Origin: Bdellovibrionota bacterium
Lineage (GTDB): Bacteria > Bdellovibrionota_C > UBA2361 > JBGSMV01
NCBI GenBank assembly: GCA_041739995.1
Contig: JBGSMV010000020.1
Span: 1 to 50,685 of the forward strand
Length of the DNA: 50,685 nucleotides
Reading direction: 5' to 3'
This document shows, piece after piece, positions 45,434 through 50,685 of this stretch. Made by a program: the position numbers and the translations under genes. Position 1 is the stretch's first letter, and every line of letters starts with the position of its first letter. The notes below the pieces were generated by a model. It did not search any database. It saw only the letters and a list, made by a program, of their open reading frames with translations, and was not told where the DNA came from.

Positions 45434-46348
45434 ATGAGCCAAGATGCTGTTCGTGGAGATGTTCTAAAAGGCAGTCTCGCTGAGCGTAACGGTACGGAAG
45501 GTGAACTGAGTCATGGGTATGCCTTCACGGTAGATTCCTTTGCTGATGGAATTGCCTTTGGACAACACCGGCTCCCCGTCGGTGAGGAACTGAGTGACCA
45601 GTACGACCTTAAAATATCATCAGAAGGCGAGGTCGCCCATCTTCGAAGCCGATATGCGCTTCATAAGACCAATCCGTTGTGGGAGCTGGAGCGGCATTTG
45701 ATGAGGCTCTCGCGTCAGGGAGTTCTCGGATCATCGACGATTTTCTTTGGAACCAGCACAGATCCATTCTTTCCATTCGAGGGAAAGTTCGACGCCAGCA
45801 TGAAGTTCTTGAGTTTGTTCGAGCGCTATACCCCTGGGTTGCTGGTGGTGCAGACTCGTTCTCCGTTGCTTGTCATTGCGATGCCAGTGCTTAAGAAACT
45901 TGGGAGCCGTGCCGCGGTTACTATTGCAATTGAAACTCCACTAGACGACATGGTGCGCAAGTACACCCCAGGCTTTACGCGAGTAGAGGAACGCTTGAGA
46001 GCGGCGACGGCACTTCGTCGCTTTGGTATCGAGGTGACGCTTCAGGTTTCTCCTATTCTGCCTTACGGCGATTGGAAGAAGGATGCGGACAGTTTTGCAG
46101 AGCTGCTCGATACCCACAGTGATAGAGTTACCGTACGGGCGCTTAATCGCGGGACACCTCAGTGCGATAGCAGAGTGCGAGCGTCTGAGGTGGCGAAGCG
46201 CCTTGCGCAGGATCGTAAGTTTCAGTGGCTGCGCCCAGATGCCGCCAATCCCTTGCTTAACGCCCTAGACGTGCGCTGTCCCAAGAAGCTAGATCCTCGG
46301 CAGGATTTAGTAGCGAAGAAGCGTCAGATGTCGATTTTTGCGGCTTGA
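45434..46348 (+). CDS. SPL/Rv2578c-like radical-SAM-fold protein lacking the CxxxCxxC motif
   Basis: GTSTDPFFPFE, VQTRSPL, AIET, ERLRAATALRRFGI, VSPILP; no Cys in the N-terminal two-thirds; ends QMSIFAA; GGAGG RBS. Confidence 0.72.
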   Translation: MSQDAVRGDVLKGSLAERNGTEGELSHGYAFTVDSFADGIAFGQHRLPVGEELSDQYDLKISSEGEVAHLRSRYALHKTNPLWELERHLMRLSRQGVLGSSTIFFGTSTDPFFPFEGKFDASMKFLSLFERYTPGLLVVQTRSPLLVIAMPVLKKLGSRAAVTIAIETPLDDMVRKYTPGFTRVEERLRAATALRRFGIEVTLQVSPILPYGDWKKDADSFAELLDTHSDRVTVRALNRGTPQCDSRVRASEVAKRLAQDRKFQWLRPDAANPLLNALDVRCPKKLDPRQDLVAKKRQMSIFAA

Positions 46349-46707
46349 TCATCGGCTATAACGGACGCGCGCGGCTGGATTTTACCTCCTTAGAGCGCTC
46401 CTGAGCGATGTTGAGCGGTTCCTTCACGTTAGGGCGTAGCACGCTATCGCTCCTGGATGATTCAGGTTCGCTAGAATGCGTCTTTTCCTCAGTCCGCTTA
46501 TATTGGCCGCGAGATAACTTGGTGGTAACTTCTGCAATGAAAGCACGCCTAACGTTCAGTCTAGAGCGGTAATGGACAGAAAATAGCGGTGCTATCAAAC
46601 GGAATCCAGGTCGTTGAAAAATTTCGAGGAACTTTTTTCTGGGGAATTCAGAGTAGGTTCAAATCCTTGGACGTTAAGGCCTAAGAGAGAAAGCTAAAGG
46701 GCGTTAA

Positions 46708-47646
46708 ATGATGGAATTTCGCAATATTCTTTTCGTAAGCCATGGAGTCGGAGACGAATCAGAGTCTCTCAAGCAAGCGATGAGTCTTGCGCGCAATAAT
46801 AAAGCTGCGCTTAAGGTGTTGGTGCTTTGTCCGGAGTTTGGACGTTTGCCACCGGAGTACCGAGAAAAGTACGAGAGTTCACTCGTTGAGCAGTTGAAGA
46901 GCTCAATCGATTCTGCTCGAGCCGCCCTCAGAATCGGTGAGATAGAACTGCCCATAGCTATTGAAGTAGAGAGCGGCAGTACTCCCGCGGTTCGCACTGT
47001 GCGGCAGGTCCTGCGTAATGGGCATGATCTAATCGTTAAAGAAGCGGAGCTTGGAGAAAATGGCAGGGGCTTTAAAGCAATTGATATGGAGCTGTTGCGA
47101 AAATGCCCGTGTCCGCTTTGGTTATGCCGAAAAATTATTCGCTCTCGTAGTGCTATGAATGTGGCGGTGGCGGTAGATCCAGAGAGTGAAGAAGTTGAGG
47201 CAAGGGATCTTTCACTCAGACTCCTGAAACTGTCTCGTGCGCTTGCAGATTCGTGCAGTGGTTCGTTAAGCGTGGTTTCCTGCTGGGAGTACGAGTTCGA
47301 GGAGTATCTACGTCACAACCCATGGACGAAAATGCCGGAAGACGAGATATCTCAATTAATACAGGAAACTTCCTCCATACATTATCAAGCACTGGAAGGT
47401 CTAATCGGCGAGTCCGGGATAGGTGGGAAGGTAAAAATAGATCATCTAAGAGGAGATCCAGGGATGATGATCCCTGAGTTTGTTCGGAACAATCAGGTCG
47501 ATGTTCTGGTAATGGGAACAGTGGCGCGTACGGGAATAGCTAGCTTTATAATTGGGAATACTTCGGAAAATATCCTCCAGAAGGTGAGCTGCTCCGTGTT
47601 AGCTTTAAAACCGAATGGTTTTGTCTCACCAATAAAAGCCTACTGA
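46708..47646 (+). CDS. Tandem-domain universal stress protein (UspE-like)
   Basis: HDLIVKEA, DMELLRKCPCPLW, VAVDP, DVLVMGTVARTGIASFIIGNTSENIL, SVLALKP. Confidence 0.92.
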   Translation: MMEFRNILFVSHGVGDESESLKQAMSLARNNKAALKVLVLCPEFGRLPPEYREKYESSLVEQLKSSIDSARAALRIGEIELPIAIEVESGSTPAVRTVRQVLRNGHDLIVKEAELGENGRGFKAIDMELLRKCPCPLWLCRKIIRSRSAMNVAVAVDPESEEVEARDLSLRLLKLSRALADSCSGSLSVVSCWEYEFEEYLRHNPWTKMPEDEISQLIQETSSIHYQALEGLIGESGIGGKVKIDHLRGDPGMMIPEFVRNNQVDVLVMGTVARTGIASFIIGNTSENILQKVSCSVLALKPNGFVSPIKAY

Positions 47647-48177
47647 GAACTAACAGAGGCGCAGTTTTTTTGACTACATTCTAGTTTGCTTTGGTTTGGT
47701 AGAAGAGAGATTGAGGCTATCGGTTGCGGAAACCCGCTATAAATGGTGTCAGATTTTAGGCCGCGATGTTGTGTGGTGGTCGGCAACAAAGGGAGCAGCG
47801 TAGCCGCCATCTTCCCGTGAGATATTTCCTTTCGTTCCAGTGAAGCAAAACTCATCGTCATGCGCGCAATGTTATATTTTCATCGTTTTAAGTTTAAGCG
47901 GCACCACATGCCCTCGGAAGCAGGCGATTCCGAATCTACCGTTTGATTCCTGCTCGCAGCGACAATTTGAGTGGATCTTATCATTCGTCGAGCCTGTGGT
48001 TAAATCCTGCCTTGAATACGTTGGAGCGCCTTTCTAGACTGGGGCCAGTCAGAACTAGGTAGGTCTCGGAATTATAGAATCGAGCATAGGGGCGCGATCC
48101 GCTTAGTAAATGTTCGTCTTGCAACCATCGGTTGGTGAGCAAGCTTGCTAGTGTGGCTTTTGGTGAAGAGGTGTTTC

Positions 48178-49431
48178 ATGGCACGAGTAGCAGTAGTCGG
48201 TGGTTGTCGAACTCCCTTTGTGAGGGCGGGTGGCGCTTTCGGGCGACTTTCGTTCATGGACCTTGGGGTGCATGTCACCAAGGGCATAGTGCGACGCCTT
48301 GCGCTCAACCCGAGTGACATAGACGAATTTATATTCAGTACCGTACTGGTTGATCCGCGGGCCTCGAACTTTGCGCGCGAAATCGTGTTTCGTAGCGGGT
48401 TGCCGCGGACCTTACCTGCCCATGCCATTTCAAATAATTGCATCAGCGGATTAGTAGCGACCACCATGCTGGCCGAGGGGATTCAAGCAGGGCGCATTCG
48501 GTGTGGTCTTGCAGGCGGTAGTGAGTCCATGTCTCGGCCTGCCCTGAGCTTGCAACCGAAGGCGGAAGCTTGGTTTTTGTCGCTCGCACGAACGCGCAGC
48601 TTTCAGTCTAAGCTGGCTTTGCTCGCGAAGTTTCGACCAGGCTACGTGTTTCCGCTTGCACCGAGTCCTAAAGAGCCTTCGACCGGTCTTACTATGGGGG
48701 AGCACTGCGAGTTGACTGCCAAAGAGTTTGCGATTTCACGTGCACAACAAGATCAGATTGCCTTTCGAAGTCATCAAAACGCAGCGCGAGCGCAAAAGGC
48801 CGGGTTTCTCGCGGAGGAAATCGAGCCTCTCGGAGAAACGAAAGCAGATAATTTTATTCGCGGCGATACTTCGGTCGAAAAACTGGGTTCGCTGAAACCA
48901 GTATTTGATAGGTCCAGTGCGGGAACAATTACCGCAGGCAATGCAAGCGGGCTAACCGACGGCGCGTCGGTGGTGTGCTTGATGTCTGAAGAAATGGCCA
49001 GAGCTGAAGGGCGGGATATCCTGGGCTTTCTAACCGCGACCGAATACGCAGCGATTGACCCTGACGCAGGGTTACTAATGGCGCCTGCAGTGGCGCTGCC
49101 GAAGTTACTTCGTAAGCAAGGCCTCAATATTTCTGATATCGACGTGTTTGAGATCCACGAAGCCTTTGCTGCCCAGGTAGCGGCGAATATGCACTCGTGG
49201 AAAAACGGGTGGCCTAAAGTTGCGGGTGCCGAGGCCATTGGCGAGATTCCAGACGAGCGTTGGAACATCAACGGGGGCTCGGTGGCGATTGGTCACCCAT
49301 TCGCGGCTACAGGCGGAAGGCTCATTCTCTCTGCGCTCAATGAGCTTCGGCGAAGTCAAAAAAAGAGGGCAGTGCTGAGCGTCTGTGCGGCGGGCTCAAT
49401 GGCATGCGCTATGTTGCTTGAGCGGGAGTAG
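48178..49431 (+). CDS. Acetyl-CoA C-acyltransferase (thiolase, FadI/HADHB-like)
   Basis: RTPF, NNCISG (catalytic Cys), GNASGLTDGAS, HEAFAAQ, GHPFAATG, CAAG. Confidence 0.93.
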   Translation: MARVAVVGGCRTPFVRAGGAFGRLSFMDLGVHVTKGIVRRLALNPSDIDEFIFSTVLVDPRASNFAREIVFRSGLPRTLPAHAISNNCISGLVATTMLAEGIQAGRIRCGLAGGSESMSRPALSLQPKAEAWFLSLARTRSFQSKLALLAKFRPGYVFPLAPSPKEPSTGLTMGEHCELTAKEFAISRAQQDQIAFRSHQNAARAQKAGFLAEEIEPLGETKADNFIRGDTSVEKLGSLKPVFDRSSAGTITAGNASGLTDGASVVCLMSEEMARAEGRDILGFLTATEYAAIDPDAGLLMAPAVALPKLLRKQGLNISDIDVFEIHEAFAAQVAANMHSWKNGWPKVAGAEAIGEIPDERWNINGGSVAIGHPFAATGGRLILSALNELRRSQKKRAVLSVCAAGSMACAMLLERE

Positions 49432-49460
49432 CTCTAGGGTGATGGGTCTGTCCCGATTCT

Positions 49461-49668
49461 TCCCCGAGACATCTGCGTCTCCCGCGTTATTAAATGATCA
49501 GCAACTTTTACCAAGGACTGCCCGCAGTATGCCTCTATACGTGCATTCCGGTACTGCGCACACCTACGGGTAGAATTGGGGGGAGGGAGACTCTTAACGC
49601 GGAGGGCGCGGTGGACACGGAGGAGGAAGCTTCCGTCCTGCTTTTCCGAGACTCCGCGGAGCTGCGGA
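49461..49668. repeat. REP-like family C arms between convergent genes
   Basis: ttaacgcggagggcgcggtggacacggaggaggaag at 49594 matches 26234 with 3 mismatches over 36 nt; complementary decayed arms at about 49461-49492 and 49643-49668. Confidence 0.7.
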
Positions 49669-49733
49669 GGCGAAATAGAATTAGTTACCACGCGGGGTTT
49701 TGGCTACGCCGTCAACTGGCATCGCCGCCAAGC

Positions 49734-50147
49734 CTAGTACTTCGGATCGTTGTTACGATTTCTGTCGTCGTAGTAGTACGAATCGCTGTTGCCTTGTTGG
49801 CGGCGCAGATCGTTGATTTCGCGTCGTTGCCTATCGAGCTCTTCCTGCTGTCTACGCATGCGCTCGTCTTGGGCTTGTTGCTCCGAGCTGATGTTGTCTT
49901 GAGAATTTCCGATTAGTCCTCCGGCAATTGCTCCGGCTGCTGCACCAATCGCAATACCTGCCCCGGTATTGCCTGCTTGGTTACCAACTATTGCTCCGAG
50001 CCCAGACCCTAATGCGCCACCCGTAAGAGCACCTTTCTCTCTACCACTTAAGGGCTGACTACAGGCGCTCAGGCCTGCGACCAGCAGCGCGACAGCTATA
50101 TATTTTGAAAAGTGAGCGGTACGGGGCGTTACGGAGGTGATTTTCAT
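49734..50147 (-). CDS. Glycine-zipper lipoprotein with coiled coil
   Basis: LSAC lipobox; REKGALTGGALGSGLGAIVGNQAG; Q/R-rich coiled coil. Confidence 0.85.
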   Translation of the reverse strand: MKITSVTPRTAHFSKYIAVALLVAGLSACSQPLSGREKGALTGGALGSGLGAIVGNQAGNTGAGIAIGAAAGAIAGGLIGNSQDNISSEQQAQDERMRRQQEELDRQRREINDLRRQQGNSDSYYYDDRNRNNDPKY

Positions 50148-50422
50148 CTCGGCATCCAAAGAAATGTTTACTGCCCCATTATTTCATATTCAGCATATCT
50201 GCGCAAAGTCTCAGATTCTCTAGGTATTTTTCGATTTTTCCGGCACTTAAAAAAGAGCTTAAGGGGAACGCACAACGTGCCGCTACGCACTCTAGAAGTT
50301 AGCGAAATACATCAAGCGGCACATCAGAGGAACTCATGCTTCGCCCAAGCGTGTGAACCACTGAGAACCGTGGAACAAGAGACCTAACCTCGGGGATTTC
50401 CCTCGAGAGCGTATGCTCATGA

Positions 50423-50467
50423 GCCGAAGGATTGGCGAATGGTGGGGCCTCTATTATTCAAGGAGGA
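50423..50467 (+). promoter_or_regulatory. Putative CsrA/RsmA sites in the flagellin 5' leader
   Basis: gccga-AGGA-ttggc hairpin with GGA in the loop (50423-50436), plus AAGGA overlapping the AGGAGG RBS. Confidence 0.55.
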
Positions 50468-50474
50468 ATAGACC

Positions 50475-50685
50475 ATGGCTGTTACTATTGGGTCCAATAT
50501 TGCGTCTTTGCAGGCGCAACGTAGATTAGGTATTGCTACCGAGTCCCTCGGTAAAACATTCGAAAAACTCAGTTCAGGACAACGCATTAACCGAGCATCA
50601 GACGATGCGGCCGGACTTGCGATTGCCGACTCGTTACGAGCTGATCAACGTGTAGCGACGGTTGCTATACGAAATGCCAATGACG
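50475..50685 (+). CDS. fliC: Flagellin, N-terminal part (runs off the right edge; absent from the ORF track)
   Basis: MAVTIGSNIASLQAQRRL...EKLSSGQRINRASDDAAGLAIADSLRAD...AIRNAND. Confidence 0.93.
   Translation, partial: MAVTIGSNIASLQAQRRLGIATESLGKTFEKLSSGQRINRASDDAAGLAIADSLRADQRVATVAIRNAND

Noticed and set aside
46640..46672. tRNA suggested by ggttcaaatcc (T-loop-like)
   Set aside because: No acceptor, D or anticodon stems can be built around it.
46600..48100. Usp gene region as a horizontally acquired island (looks more AT-rich)
   Set aside because: The composition shift was not quantified, and no mobility genes or boundary repeats were seen.
851..49668. Dispersed repeats as a CRISPR array
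   Set aside because: Copies are kilobases apart, there is no repeat-spacer periodicity, and no cas genes are present.
49494..49916. 140-aa plus-strand ORF
   Set aside because: It spans REP-like family C DNA and is antisense to the glycine-zipper lipoprotein gene.
50400..50432. Sigma-28 promoter using gccgaagg as the -10 box
   Set aside because: There is no TAAA -35 box at the right spacing; the sequence is better explained as a GGA-loop hairpin.

Overview
Bacterial chromosomal window of moderate GC. The gene content and divergence resemble a deltaproteobacterial or Bdellovibrionota-type organism, but this is inference. Housekeeping genes (lspA, mreB, rne, metG-purH-purD, glpD, prmA, trxA, a thiolase, the 5' end of a flagellin) surround an accessory core at about 17-32 kb. 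That core is a highly atypical type III secretion (T3SS)-derived cluster: three FHA-domain proteins, an SctJ lipoprotein, SctO/SctQ-like proteins, SctR/S/T-like gate subunits, an SctU that stops before its NPTH cytoplasmic domain, and a displaced SycD/LcrH-like TPR protein. The gate subunits have lost the Met-gasket and Gln-belt motifs. No ATPase, SctV, secretin or needle is visible in the window. The cluster is interrupted by an oppositely oriented DUF1800/DUF1501/cytochrome c operon in which two proteins share a Cys-x63-Cys Lys-rich module I do not recognise. Three families of short dispersed repeats share a 9-nt-periodic inverted-arm design, and two of them are wrapped in IS-like termini with target duplications. 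Other apparent pseudo-enzymes or new fusions include a DEAD-less DeaD-like protein, a Cys-less radical-SAM-fold protein with a clamp-binding-like tail, and an HU-like/SUFU fusion. No rRNA, tRNA or CRISPR array was found. All family assignments come from motif recognition by eye, not from database searches.
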